DNA of 64,000 nucleotides from Haliotis rufescens (GCF_023055435.1 NW_025963791.1:40982001-41046000); one strand, 5' to 3'. Shown: positions 47,656 through 61,589, counted from the stretch's first letter. Notes: generated by a model from the sequence alone, not told the origin. Program-made: numbers and translations.

Positions 47656-50600
47656 ATGGCTTTCAACAGGACAGGAACGTGGCTGCAATTGTTCCACTGG
47701 GGGCCAATTTTGGCACTGTCTGTTATATTCACTATTGCTGGAGTTGCATTAAACTGTACATTGATGTGGTGGCCAATAACAACAGTTGGAGGTGCTCTCA
47801 ATGTCATTGTGTTCCTGATATGGGTGTTTCTAACACTTTACAACTACCTCAACGCTGCATGGAAGGGACCAGGATTTGTGCCCCTCAACTGGTCACCGGT
47901 AAGCCAAACTGGAAGGAATAATATGTAATTATTCCCCAAACCTAGAGCTACTGTTTCATTGTGACATGGAGGATGCAAGGTTGGAATTATCATCACTTCT
48001 GAGAAACCCCTTAATTTTCTTATTAATGCTTTTGATTTAATGATTTCAAGTTTTTGACAATATCAGTATGAGCCATTGTCATGGGTCTGTTACACTGCAC
48101 TAAAACCTCTTCCCCTCCAAAATATTAAACATACCAATAACTAGCCGAGAGCAGTGATGGGGTCTATTTGTCACAGAATATGTTCAACATGTTCCTGTTT
48201 ACAACAAAGTAGAGTTTCAAATATCAAAAATTGAAATGGCCATTGCCAGAGTACATTTTACATACTGCTTTCAAATGTTTGGATTACAAGTTTCATAGCA
48301 TCCTCATTTCTTAACAGAAATAAACTACTATTTAACATTTAAAAATTCAAATGTATGAAATAGGGAGAAATGCGTTTAATGTATATTTATCATTTGTTTA
48401 TAAATAAAATATAAAAACATTCAATAAAATTTCAGTGTGATATCATTTTAAGCAATATTGAAATGTCCTGCTTATATACATGTTCTGTGATTGTATTATT
48501 GTATTGTACCACAAAGCATCGCAATGCACCATACTGTAGCGGCCAAAAATATTCCCAGTCCCGTGATGGGATTCGAACCACGTACCTTCTGATCAGAGGT
48601 CGGACGCCTTGTCCACATTACCAAAGAGGTTAACACCGTCAGCAAGCTGACAAGGATAGGATATCATCTATGGGATGACTCCACATCCTGCTACATACTT
48701 CCCCGTCAACATGGTCAACAGTAGGCACATCCTGGGCCGCATAGTAGGGTACTGAGACTTATTTTGCTTAAATTTAATATGAAAGTGCTCAGCCCTAGCA
48801 AGCTGACATGGTAAGGGTGTCATCTGTGGGATGACTCCACGTCCTGCTACAATACCACTTGTAAATGGTCACCATGGTTACAGCGCTAGACTTATGCAAT
48901 GTCAAACTGTATTTACAACATGTGCAAGTTATGCATAATTCCTTTTGTATTTTACAGGAGAACAAGAATGATATCAACTTTTTACAGTATTGTGATTTCT
49001 GTGAAGGTTTCAAAGCCCCTCGATCTCATCACTGCAGGAAGTGTAACAGGTAACACTGCTTATGTCATCTGATCTTTAGGTCACATGCACATGAAGTGCT
49101 AGATGACAATGCTACCTGTAATTTATGCTACTCAAAAGAAGTTAAGGACCACCCGATTCTTTCACATAAGTTAATAGGACAAGTGAAGTCAACGTTGTGT
49201 GACAATTGCTGTTGCATGACTCTGGACCTGCCTCTGACTTCGCAGTCTAACAGAATTGTGTGTATTGAGTTTTCAGAATATTTTGGAAACGAATAAAGGG
49301 TTATTGGTGTCTTTTGGTGGTGGTTATTGGTGTTTGGACAAAGAGCAGACACCCGATAGTTTTGTAATTGTACTTCCCATGTAGCTATCCGTTATTCGAA
49401 TAAGTAATTTCATTGAGAATGGGGAATTAGTAAAATGTGATAATGGCAATATTTTCATTGTACATTATTTTTAGATGTTGTTTATTGTACTTATGCTTTG
49501 CCCAAAATAACTGTTACTGGCATCACATAATAGATACTTTCCCGCAACTGTGATACCCGCTGTGATTGGCTGCATGTGTACAACTTGTCACATGAAATAG
49601 AGCATGTCCTATTTCATATAATTCGTCCAACAAGTTGCATACGTTATGAGATGCAATGTGTTGCATGCAATAAATTGTATACAACTTGTTGTACCCTGTG
49701 AATGCCCCTCAGAACGGGTTCTCTGTTTGATATGCTGGCAGTTTCAACAAATCATGACATCAAGCCAGTGCCCAGTCTACCTGCTTCAGTCTCGGATTCT
49801 GTATTACTGCCTATTTTCTGACTGCTCATCCATTTGATTACCGTGTCCACAACTTCTGTAACATCTGGTCCCCCTACTTGGAACTAAACAAATTGTTTTG
49901 TAAATTTTTCTTTCAGATGTGTGATGAAAATGGACCACCACTGTCCATGGATCAACACCTGCTGTGGTCACTTTAATCACGGCAACTTTGTGTGGTTTCT
50001 ATTCTTCGCACCATGTGGCTGTGTCCATGCAGTCATTATACTTATACCATCTATATACAGAGCTTTAAATTATGTAAGTAGCACCGCAAACTCATGAGAT
50101 TAGTGCAGCCTTCGAAATTCACACTAGTTCCTAGCCTGAGACTACGAAATTGTGCAGAGGACAAGTAAAAATCTGGTGATGGTAGTCTTCATTGGCTTGT
50201 AGGATTGAGGGCTATAATTCTGAACCAGTTCTCAGTGCTTCAAATTTGCTTCAAATTGGAACTGAATAAAACTGACAGAAAATGCAAACATAGGCAACAT
50301 TTGACCAGCTACAAACTCTGAGGTCTAGTGAAATAAGGACTCCACTAGTCCTTGAAATTCTTCAACTGAAGAGTGTCAACAGAGGTTTAATAAAGACCAG
50401 TTAAATAACATCACTGGCTAAAGTAATTTGTAATAAATCCAGTGGCTTGACTGTTTTTTATCCTTCCTGAACAGTTTGAACGGGTCATTAACATAAATAA
50501 TCATACCTATTTGCAAAGAGAACCTTTCACATGTATTTGATGTACATTCTATGTAGCTAAGCCTGTTAGCATCAACTGTCCAGCATGCTATACATATGAC

Positions 50601-53600
50601 ATGATGAAACATGATAAAGATTTGCAAGACCACAAAATAGTTCACATTAAAGTTGTCAATTACTTACAGTGTATGAGTATTCTGAAACTGTTGTACATGA
50701 AAAGTTAAAGATACAATTACTCACTTAAGTAATTCCTTGTTAATTATCTTAATTGTTAAATTTTGCTTAAAGGCAAAATGCCTAACTACCGACGCCCGTG
50801 CCTTTCAGTCGTTCATGTCGTCTCGGTAATCTCCATGTTTCGGATTTCCCATCATGCTGTTCCCCGTGAGCACTATAAAAGTGCAGTGCACATGCCGTCC
50901 GCACCTTTCACTCCAAATCATTTTATATAAACAATGTAGTTTTGTCGTGGCTTGGTAAGGAGAGTAATTATGGACAATGTTGGCAAGTACTGCAGATGTT
51001 GTGCTCCTTGTGTTTTTCAGACTTACTATTACTACTATGGGAATGGTGAACCTTTGATACATCTGTCTATCGTGGCTTTTGTTCTCACCATGTTTGGTGT
51101 GGGGCTGGCTATAGGTGTTGTCATCGCAGTAGGAATGCTGTTCTATGTACAGGTGAGACATCACGAGAATCAGGGGTTTTATGTGTGGCATGCCACGGTA
51201 TTTGTACAAATATATAAATCACTGGGATCTGGGTATGACACCTACTAATCCAATGGCACTAATCATGCTGAGGGGAAGGTTTTGTTTTGTGTATGTTTAG
51301 TGTTCTTGGACATGTTGAACAAAGATCAGTTGGAACATGTAGGTTGCCTCAAGATGTTAAGAGAAAGTTGAAAAGGTTAACATGGATTTATCTGGACTTG
51401 CTCAGAGGCCAATATTTGGCCTTAAGTGTGCAGCAAATGCCAGTACAAATTCCCAATTCGGAATTAAACATTTCCCAATTCATGCTGTTACCCAGTATAT
51501 TTAATGTTATGGCTTTGTAAGGTGACTGGCATTTCACTCATAACAGAATCAATATAGAGGAAGAGGTTTTTAAGCTTCGTTTAACATTATTGTATTGAAT
51601 GCAATGTCAAAATTTGATGTTAAAGAACCTTTGAATTTACATGATTTTGGAAAAAAAGAACTTTAATAAAATCCCAATTTTGAACAAAGTAATGATTTTT
51701 CTCAATTTGCCTGCCAAGGACGCTTAGTTTGGAATGCTAGATTTATCGCTGGGTCAGCTTGTAACTGTGTTTGATTACTTAATGCACTTTGAATCTATTT
51801 GTGCACACAATGCAAGCTTGTCTCCAGTCTACCAGAATGAACAGCCGTTGTTTACTTTCAGATGAAAAGCATTTGGAGAAATGAGACTGGTATTGAATCC
51901 TGGATTATAGATAAGGTAAGGACTTCAATTTAATTTATGTCATCCAGATTGTGGGATGAATATGTAATCGTGGTCAGTAGGTAGGAAACAATAACAATCT
52001 AATCATGAAACATGATTTGTGTCTTGTGGACTATAGAAAATACCCTGAGTATTATTGAGTGTGGTTCTCTTCTAATTATGAAACTGTCAACATACCTCAG
52101 ATATGCAACTACTGGTATTATAAGTTGCTAGAACTAACTTAGTATGCGACGTAGCAAGTCCCCCTTGCTACATAAATACTGTAGAAGTCAGAGTTTTCAG
52201 AAACAGTGATGTAGTGTGGACTAATGAAAATACCCGAGGATTGAGTGTGGTCTGTTCAAGGACAGATACAAGGCATCACACATGGCATATCGCAACAATA
52301 CAAATTATGTAGGTGATGTTCCTAAAACAGGCTGAGGATCGAGAGCGCGAAGAGGACGAGGGGGAGGACTTCATATACCCGTACGACCTTGGGTGGCGGG
52401 ACAACCTCAAACAGGTGTTTACATTCACTGGCAAGCCGATCTCTGACGGAATAACATGGACTGTAGTGGAAGGATGTGACCAGTACACTCTCACTGTAAG
52501 TGTTATAACGTCTAGGGGTGAAACGAGACATCGGTGCACTGGTGCATCGTGAGTTTTTATGTGGCAATACGATACACGATACGTTTTTTTCTGTATTGAT
52601 AAAAAAAGATAAATTACTTACTATTTGTTTGATGGCCGCTGGCGTTTTTTGTCAGTCAGATATCGCAAAATGTGTTTAGAGTTTCAAGTTCACAACTGAA
52701 AATAGCCACTACGAACATGTGTCCAAAGCAAGCTTTCCCTTTTGAACCTGCTCTGAAATATTTATTGTCAAGAAGTTTCCATGAGATTTGATGTAAAAAT
52801 GCATATTGGCATACGCATTGTATCGTGATATGCATTGTATCGTGACCTTGCTGTATTGTTTCAGCCCTAACAACTTGTGTGCTGTTGACTGCATAACAAA
52901 CAAGTACACATGATGTACTCCAGCGTGGGCTGCTTACAAATTGCGTGATGAACCAGAAACATTTTTCAATGAAAACTATAATCAGTAAAATCAAATGATG
53001 TACATTATCACGACTATGTTAGTAGGGCTGGGACAATACACCAACTGCAGGATCCGATACGTATCAATATACCTTAGGGATACCTTGTTCACGGTCAGAT
53101 ACATACTGTAAATCTGGAAATAAATGCGTCTCCAAATTAATACGACTGCTGACCCCTAGCCAAACATGCGACTCAATATCAATGCTACTCCTCCCACCCC
53201 ATCCCCAGTGGAATGATACATATCCTTACCTTAATCCAATCAAACAGCAAATAGCACCGCTTAGTAGCACTGAGTAGAGCACTTCCGTAAAAACAACACA
53301 CAGTTTATATGATTACTAAGTTCAAAGGCAATCAAATAATTGAACCATCAATAGTTCACTGATTGGTATGCGGAGGTGTCAACAAACTTGACATGAGTGG
53401 GTAGAACTCTTGACCCCAGCAGTGATAACTCACCGGATGCCTATTGTGTAATTCCTATTCTTTGAATGACATTGTTATATACTTGGTACACCTGCTGCTC
53501 AATAAACCATGTTTCTGTTTATATTCAAGTTGGTATTTCCGCTTTCCACTTTCCAATGTGTGCAGCGAGGCCGATATTGTTGATAGTCATTTGGAGACAT

Positions 53601-56085
53601 AAATGCGAAGTTAATTAATGCGAGCAAAGACAACTCGCTTTTTTCACATTTAGTTCACGATCGTGTTATTACAAGATTTACAGTATCGCAATACTTGTAT
53701 GTGCTCTTATCTGTGGTGAATGAGCCATCTTTTTCAGAGACAGTATGGCCAAATACCTGGCACACTGATGATTTATAGTTGGCATTGGCGCAATGGATGA
53801 AAACTTTTACTTTTTCCCTACTAATTTTCACTATTAATTAGTGTGTGATGTTACAGTTATTAAAGCAAACATTTAAGGTATAAATCAATATGTTTGACTT
53901 TGTGTGCGACTGTGATCGATACTTGTTTTGTGAAGTATAACATCGCGATGCTTAGATGCACCAGTGTATGGTCCCACCACCACTTGTTAGTGTGGTTGAG
54001 TGTGTGTCAGCTGCTATATGACTTCCGTGTTTTATTCATGCAGGTTGAGCAAATTAAACAGAAAGCTCAGAAGCGAGATCGCACCCTGCTCTATGTGATA
54101 ATGGAGCCGTACTCCGGAGCCATGTTCCCCATCACTAAGGGATGTAGGGTCATCTGTCTCGTGCCATGTACTGACGAACCTCGGATCTCCGTGCTGGAAA
54201 ACGACCGAGTGATGGTCACAAGGTGGAAAAAGTAAGTGGTCAGCTGTAAATAGGGAGTGTTTCATGTCCTGTTACCATGGATACTGTACAAAGATTCCCT
54301 CATGAGGTTTCCACGTGAGAGTAGCTAAGTACACATGTACCCATGTTTGTCATAGGAGAATGAAAAGAAAATCGTATGTCATTGTACCCGTGCTGTGATC
54401 CACCAGTTGTCTGGTCCATATTATTCACAGGTATCAGCAGGGCTTGACTGAAGTAACTGGATTTAACTTGCACCAGGTGCATGTTGACATGAAAGCCACG
54501 TTCCCCAGACAAAGCCAGGTTGTTCCCTGGTTATATACATGTACCAAAGTTCAAACATTAGTTGGTCTGCTGCTAGTTCGGGGTGTCACGATAAATCGAA
54601 TTATCAATATATATTGCTGTTGGTCAGAACTTAAAGTCAATAAATCGATTGTTAAATCAGTTTCTGATCAATAGTATCGATTTCAGTTAGGAATATCAAT
54701 AGTTATGGTTATCACATTCAAAGGAAACTTCAGTTCCAAGGTTTAATTCAACTCTAAAATCCATCTAAAATGATACACTGAAAACTATCAATATTTATTG
54801 CAATAGTTGCTTGCAATATCAATAGTTATCGCAATAGTAATTTCCAGACCAATAGTCACCCCTACTGCTAGTGTCACATAAATTACTGATGCATTGCTGT
54901 AAAATGTTTTAGAAACATGTGCATATAAACTTGAAGTGCCCACAGTTTGATGACGTCAAGCCTAAGAAAGTGTGACAAATTACACATAACACAGGGGATA
55001 GTGATATAGCATAGTAAACAAAGCTCATAGGTATGTGTAAAGATTAATGTTGGGTAAGTTTACATGCACCAGTAGTATATTTAGTTATTCGTAGTTCGAG
55101 AATTATACTGGTAATTGTTGACCATATTACTGTTAAAGATCCTGACATGACAATAAAAGTTACGCTGTCTTAATAGACATGTTGTTCCATTATCATGGAG
55201 AGATTTAACATCCCCTTCACATGTTTGAGGTCAGAAAGTAGAACTGTTACCACAATGAGAATTGTCGTGGTTTCAAGAGCATGAATTTACAACAGCAATG
55301 ATCGTGTATTTCACACAGGATAAATGTTTTCTGTTTATGTATTTTCTGATCACAACATCATTATCGTTGACAGACACTGGCTGTATGGGACGAAGGTGCT
55401 GGAGAACGGGGGCAAGAATAAAGTGGGTGAGTAGCTTTAGTCATTAAAATATCAACATGATCAAGTATTGCAGCTGATGGTTATTGAGTGTATTAGTATA
55501 CTACTCAAAAGAAGTTAAGGATCACCCGATTCTTTCATAATGGTAAAGTTAATCTGTCATGGCATGAGAGATTAACTATTGTAATATGAAAGAATCGTAT
55601 TATCCTTAACTTCTTTTGAGTAGTATATAATGTCTTCAGTATTATGTCCTTGTATTGAACTAGGACAGAAATAATTAGTTGTTCATTGAAGTGGGTTAAA
55701 GTTAAAGAATGTAGGTCACTGAGACACATCTTTACAAAAAGGAGGGTTTATCAGGCATTTCATATACATTTTGTGTGGTACATGAACACTGGTAGTTGTT
55801 CGACACCATGTACATTTGTAGGGGTCAACAGTATTTACATTTACACATATCACAGGTATGATTTCTTGACTGTTGGGTACAATATGGAATACCGAGGGAT
55901 CTAACACAAGTGCCTCATACCTTGAACCTATCACCAGATTTCATGATGTGCTTTGATGAGTTGTTGCACTTGTACATAGATGCTCTGTTGATGTTGCAGC
56001 CTCCAAGAGAATTCGAGGCTGGTTTCCACGGCGAGGTGCTAAGGAACTCATAGACAATAATATGAATGACAAGAAAGCAGTTTGA
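47656..56085 (+). CDS. ZDHHC6: Palmitoyltransferase ZDHHC6, join(47656-47898, 48958-49049, 49917-50073, 51021-51152, 51862-51915, 52331-52495, 54044-54231, 55374-55426, 56000-56085), 389 aa
   Basis: HWGP N-terminus, DHHC-CRD (CDFCEGFKAPRSHHCRKCNRCVMKMDHHCPWINTCCGHFNH), NETGIE, YPYDLG, C-terminal SH3 (PCTDEPR...WLYG...RGWFPR) and KKxx ER-retrieval end (DKKAV*). All introns GT-AG with consistent phases, 1170 nt total. Confidence 0.97.
48558..48632 (-). pseudogene. tRNA-Arg-like pseudogene or SINE head (ZDHHC6 intron 1)
   Basis: AAGGCGTCCGACCTCTGATCAGAAGGTACGTGGTTCGAATCCC resembles the tRNA-Arg anticodon and T arms; the acceptor stem is broken. Confidence 0.45.
52513..52869. mobile_element. Older hAT-like MITE (ZDHHC6 intron 6)
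   Basis: TAGGGGTGAAAC...GTTTCAGCCCTA with CGATAC subterminal repeats. Confidence 0.6.
54578..54864. mobile_element. hAT-like MITE (ZDHHC6 intron 7)
   Basis: GGGGTG(T)CAC/GTCACCCCTA ends; perfect 8-bp TSD CTGCTAGT. Confidence 0.8.
55501..55624. mobile_element. Tc1/mariner-type palindromic MITE
   Basis: CTACTCAAAAGAAGTTAAGGA...TCCTTAACTTCTTTTGAGTAG with TA flanks; relatives at 49127 and 62120-62248. Confidence 0.8.
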
Positions 56086-56504
56086 ACAAGACCTGATGTC
56101 AACAAACATGTAGCAGTGGAATCAAAATGGTACATGCCTTAACAAACAACCACATTTGAGATCTACTTTCCACCTTCGCTGTCAGCCAAATACATAGAAT
56201 ATATAGATGCATGTATATTACAGCAGGGAGAAATCTTCTAGATGATACCTCTATACATTTTCGTTATCTGAATATCCCATTATTTTATTGTTGAATACGA
56301 CAGATTCATAGGGCTGTCATTGACTTTCAAATATTGAGTGACAATACGATGTGGTGACACAAAAGTTCTACTTGTAAAAATATTTTTATTATTATTTCAC
56401 CTGAACATCGAACATTTTTAAAGAATTAGGTGCACTGGTAGGTCACTTCAAAAATGTTTGTAAATGCAAGCAAATCTAAGAAATATGGTAAATGACCTAA
56501 ATAT

Positions 56505-56926
56505 TAGGGCTGGGACGGGTCAAAATATACTACCCGGGTACCCACCACCCTATTACCCGACCCCACCCGGGTACCCGCTGTAGATATTCAAACTGTCCGT
56601 GTCCGATTTGGAAAAGTTTTACCGTAGCCCTGACAAAATGTACTTAGATACAACATGTAAAACGACCCGCTCATGCATACACTGAAGTTTAATGCATGAA
56701 GTTTTATCTTTATTCAAACCTTTAAAAGTCAGAAGGAATGGGTGCATTGTCAGAAAGAAATGGGAACATTAGTGACTTATAGTGTAACCATAGAGTTTAA
56801 GATAGTATTTGTCATTAAACAATATGTATCACGTGACTAATCACGGGTCCGGGTAGTCCTGTGGGTACCCAGGTCCTACTCAGGACCCACCCGACCCGAG
56901 TACCCGAGTTACCCGTCCCAGCCCTA
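56505..56926. mobile_element. hAT-like MITE nested in an older hAT-like MITE (56309-57081)
   Basis: TAGGGCTGGGACGGGT...ACCCGTCCCAGCCCTA, TSD CTAAATAT/GTAAATAT; outer element TAGGGCTGTCA...TGACAGCCCTA. Confidence 0.8.
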
Positions 56927-58149
56927 GTAAATATCTATCTTGACCTATTAATGAGGATTTCAACAACTTGCTCCCAAGATTTTCACATATGTTGGAACTT
57001 CTGTCTCTTAGGTAGCAATTTGTAGTTAAAGTTTTCAGGCGATGTATGGATAACAAGATTTCAAATTTAGTGACAGCCCTACATTTACATTCCTGTTAGA
57101 AACTCACAATAACACAACCATTTGTTTGACAAATTCTAATGTTGTGTAAATAAGATATATAGTTTATTCTAGATGGAGTGAGCATGTAAGATGTACAGCT
57201 GTTGGTTAGCACAGCCCTGGGAGGACCAATGAGAATGCAGCTAACATTGGTTGATTGAATGAGCAATGGCCGGCTTCCATACAGTAGTGCTGTGTTAGGC
57301 CTGATGTATGCAGGAGTCAGTTACAGCAGTTGTGCTGTCGTGTACGTCACCCATAAAGCTTAACCTCTTTATACTGCAAACATCTTGAATCCAACACTCG
57401 GACAAAGAAATGCCTCTCCACACCCAAAGCAACTTCTCCTTTGATTTGTCAATATGTTGTCAACCTATATCCTCATATTTGTGTTATTCTGGTCATTTGA
57501 TATTTTCAGAATCCATGTCTTGTTTAGATATTGCACTTACGTTTGCTGATTGTCATACGGTTAGTTAATCTCCCACAGTGTGTTCAATTTCTACAACATA
57601 TCAATCTAGTGGTGGAGTGGTGCCTTTAGCTTGTGAGAGATGTGTTACCACGGTTACAGTATGTTACTTTGTTATAATCAAGAATCAAGTTGGTCTCAGA
57701 TTCAGTTTAAATGCAATTCATTCCAGAGAGCAAAAACAATTGTTTATTTCTTTATGCAACTTTCACACATTATAAGCAGACGAGGAGCCAGCATATTTCT
57801 CAAAACCATACACAAGGGTTCAAGAAGACTCAGCACTGAAACAGAGGGAGATGTCCTCTTGTGATGTAATGTTCCGCAGTGTGGAAAGATAACCTCAGTC
57901 TTTGTTTATACAGTGTACTGAATCTCCATTCTGTTATGATATGTACCCTGTACCATTCAGCATCACTCATAGCTTTGTTTCCGCAGTGCTGTCACCATAT
58001 CCACCTCCCTGATCACACTCTCCGTACTGAATTGCTCTGGCTCATGGGCTGGGGGGTAAGGTCGTGTGTAAGATTGTTACACTTATATAGCGACGTGCAT
58101 GCATGTGTTTGTGTGGCTGCTTGTACTGGTCCGGACTAATGCTGATGTT

Positions 58150-58430
58150 TATGGTGCCCGCCCACTGAGATGCTGCAGTTTGACATGAATGCCCCACTCA
58201 GACACAGTATACTGACTCTGAGCTGACCAGTCCTTGTTTTAGCCCACTGAGATGCTGCAGTTTGACATGAATGCCCCACTCAGACACAGTATACTGACTC
58301 TGAGCTGACCAGTCCTTGTTTTAGCCCCTTAATGCCGAGCGCCATCTTTTAACATCTTTTGGTATGAAGCGGCCATTGATCAAGATCCCTGACCGTCCAC
58401 TCTCCGAGCAGACGTTCTACCACTAGACCA
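58150..58430 (-). mobile_element. SINE family D copy with an internal 82-bp tandem duplication
   Basis: Reverse-complement similarity to the 12550 and 16301 copies; GCCCACTGAGATGC... is repeated at 58160 and 58242. Confidence 0.7.
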
Positions 58431-60483
58431 CAAACATGGTCTCTGTCTCAACAGCCAATCAAGACATCTCTTCTGAACACAAGTTGGGCATACAACTACA
58501 TTTCAGGACGTAGCAAGCACCCGATATTGATATTTGAGTCAGAAGACCGTTATAAATTATCTTTAAGATAATTAAGAGTATGGAGAGGGTTACATGTCCT
58601 TATGCTACAAGACGTTCTGGTTGCATTTGAGACAGAGTGCTGGTGATATTACTGCTTGTGTCAACCATTAAAAAGGGTACTGTGATCGCACGTCTGTTTT
58701 TAGTGTTGCATCATTTGACTAGGACAGTGCTAACAGTAGTATGTTTCATAATTGAATGGAGATATGATGGACTGGATAATCGAGGATGGTTGTTGTGTTG
58801 TGGGGAAAGTGACTGGAAAGTTTGCATATGAGATGAACTGATGAACTGATGAACTGGACAGATTTTGGACAAAAAATATGTTGCAACCTGGAACGATCAA
58901 TGGTACCGGTAGTTCAATTTGATCATATATTTTTTAATATTTGCTCCTAAATCGAAATCCAAGATTATGATGTCTGGTCTGTCATCATAGTACCTGTGCT
59001 CCTTGGTTTAGACCTGGGTGCCGTTGTACAAAGCGATCTTAGCCCTAAGGAGATCCTAACTCCCATACCTTAATATAGACTTACGACAGTCATAGCGCTA
59101 AGGTTGTTTTGCACCCTGGTCAACAACTGCATCATTATTGGGTTTCTGCTCACATGACATGATTAAACTTAACTTAAATACTGTGAAAAACGTACTTAAG
59201 ATCAACTTGTGCAGACAATTCAATATTTTTTTGGTGGGTGGTTATGGATATTGATAGTGAAAGATTTCGTCAGTAGATTAGGTAAAATATGGATTGTTCA
59301 GGATTTGTTTAATCAAAGTTGCGTTGGATCAGTAATTGATAATCTTGGCCTTGTTTGGGTCCTACGTCTGTTTTAGTCACATAAACTTATATTAGTCATA
59401 TATAATTAACATCGGCACTGTGATAAAAACTTTCTTATTCTGATTTTTTTTCTTCTGAATTTTCAATTTTTTAGCTCTAAACCAAGCAACTTTGTTTGTG
59501 TCACTGATGGGTTAATTCCAAGTTGAACCAATTCATGCAAGTATCCACATATTTTTTATGACAATAGCTCTGAGTATGATTAGTTTACATATTCAACTAT
59601 GAAACTATGACAACGATCAGAATATTCATGACATCATTTCAAACCATAGGAGATTTGTTGGTGTCCTCAAGTCCTGTCTGTGTAACGCGGTCGTGAGAAC
59701 CACTGTGAGGCATAAAATGATTGTTTTGTACATTTCCTAGGGTACTGTTGACTTATCCATGTGGAGCCAAAGTTTGCTAGGCTGCTGAATTATGTATTGA
59801 CTTCATTGCCAAATGTTGAAGATATTAAGAAAAGTATATTAAACCATCAATTTTGATTAGAATTAGTTTTATTGCATATTTTCATAATATTTTAAACTTT
59901 TTTTATTTGTTTATTTGTTTTACTTTTCATGAGATATAAAAGGTGTATGTCTAGCCTGTGTGAGCCTGTTTCTCACTAAGTATCAGCATTTGTTTGTATG
60001 TTCAACCTGTTCAGCAAATAACATTTTATACAAACTTAAAATTATTCATATTCAATATTTCTTTTGATGTGTTAAAGAATATATTACCATTATGCGTAGT
60101 AAAAGATAGTTAGTTTTCGACTCGCCTGAACGCTTGATTTATGTGAGTGAATGTCTTGGTGCTGTGTCATCCATCGTCCATCCATTCTACTCTTCCACAT
60201 GGTTTACATCTCCATGGAAGACACAACTTCAGATGTGCTGAGACTTTAGATATTGATGCCCAGACTTCGTATTTGATTTTAAGTATGACACTTTGGCAGC
60301 CAAAGTCAAGTTGTCTTTGTTGTATTGACACATCTGTACTTTAACACATGACACTTTTTGCACATAATTCTGCCACTTATTCAGGTATCAGTGTGAAGTT
60401 TGATATTTTGTTGGGGGGACCGTGTTAAAACTGTTATTATGTAGAAACAATATTTTGTATATACCCATGTTTATGATCTTCAT

Positions 60484-60945
60484 TATTATACCCCCAACCT
60501 AAAAGGTCGGAGGTATGTAGTTATACCAAGGTTCCGTCCGTCCGAAAACTTTGTCCGCGCGATTTCTCTTAAACTATTCAGTGGATTTATCTCAAACTTA
60601 GTACATATAATCTGTGTCATATGGAGGGGGTGCAGTCAAAAGAAAAAAATTCTTTTTATTAATTTTCCATTTTTTTAATGAATTTTTCAAACCCTAACGT
60701 CCGTCTGAAAACTTTGTCCGCGCGATTTCTCTTAAACTATTCAGTGGATTTATCTCAAACTTAGTACATATAATCTGTGTCATATGGAGGGGTGCAGTCA
60801 AAAGAAAACAATTGTTTTTATTAATTTTCCATTTTTTTATGAATTTTTCAAACCCTAACCCTATCCTAGCTATTTAATTTGAAACTACTGACATACTAGG
60901 AGGGTCGGGGGTATTAGTGAGCTACGCTCACTTTTGCTCTTGTTT
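60484..60945 (+). mobile_element. HINE/DINE-1-like (non-autonomous Helentron) element
   Basis: Sub-TIR TATACCCCCAACC / GGTCGGGGGTATTA, (GTCC)n seed, 163-bp internal tandem duplication, 3' stem-loop AGTGAGC-TAC-GCTCACT, T-rich ends. Confidence 0.75.
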
Positions 60946-61274
60946 GAGAATGTTATTTTTAGTCCATTAAGGATCAAATATCATCAACTGCGGGTGAGCT
61001 ACAGAACCTCATGGCTGAAAATGTCTTAAATCCTTACTGTGTCGTGTAGTAGACAGTTACAGGATGGTGTTAGTCAGGGTGCTTGTGTAGTAGACAGTTA
61101 CAGGATGGTGTTAGTCAGGGTGCTTGTGTAGTCTTCTTTTTAGGCAGTAGAATATGTGTAGATCTTGGCGAACATGTCTACACTTTTTGATTATTACAGC
61201 TCTGAGTGATATTAACTTCAGTTTTCATAGCTAGGGAACACTTGCCTTAGCAGGGTCTTCTGATTCACTGTACT

Positions 61275-61532
61275 GCTGTTTAGTATGTCAGTCATTGAGG
61301 GTTGTATGTACGGAGTATCAAGTGGGGTCAGGTCACACTGGATGTTTCATGGGGTGACTACGTAGCAGACCTTAGGCCCCACTCATCTAAAGGCGAGTCC
61401 GCTGTTTAGTATGTCAGTCATTGAGGGTTGTATGTACGGAGTATCAAGTGGGGTCAGGTCACACTGGATGTTTCATGGGGTGACTACGTAGCAGACCTGA
61501 GGCCCCACTCATCTAAAGGCGAGTCCGCTGTT
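61275..61532. repeat. 126-bp tandem duplication
   Basis: GCTGTTTAGTATGTCAGTCATTGAGGG... at 61275 and 61401. Confidence 0.9.
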
Positions 61533-61589
61533 CGACTGCAGCTGGTAATCACACTTGTGTCTGTGTATGTTACATAAACTCATCAGATG

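Noticed and set aside
50805-51209. 134-aa antisense ORF and other antisense ORFs over ZDHHC6 exons
   Set aside because: Shadow ORFs of the coding strand.
60851-60862. Telomeric AACCCT repeats
   Set aside because: Only two units, internal to the HINE-like element.
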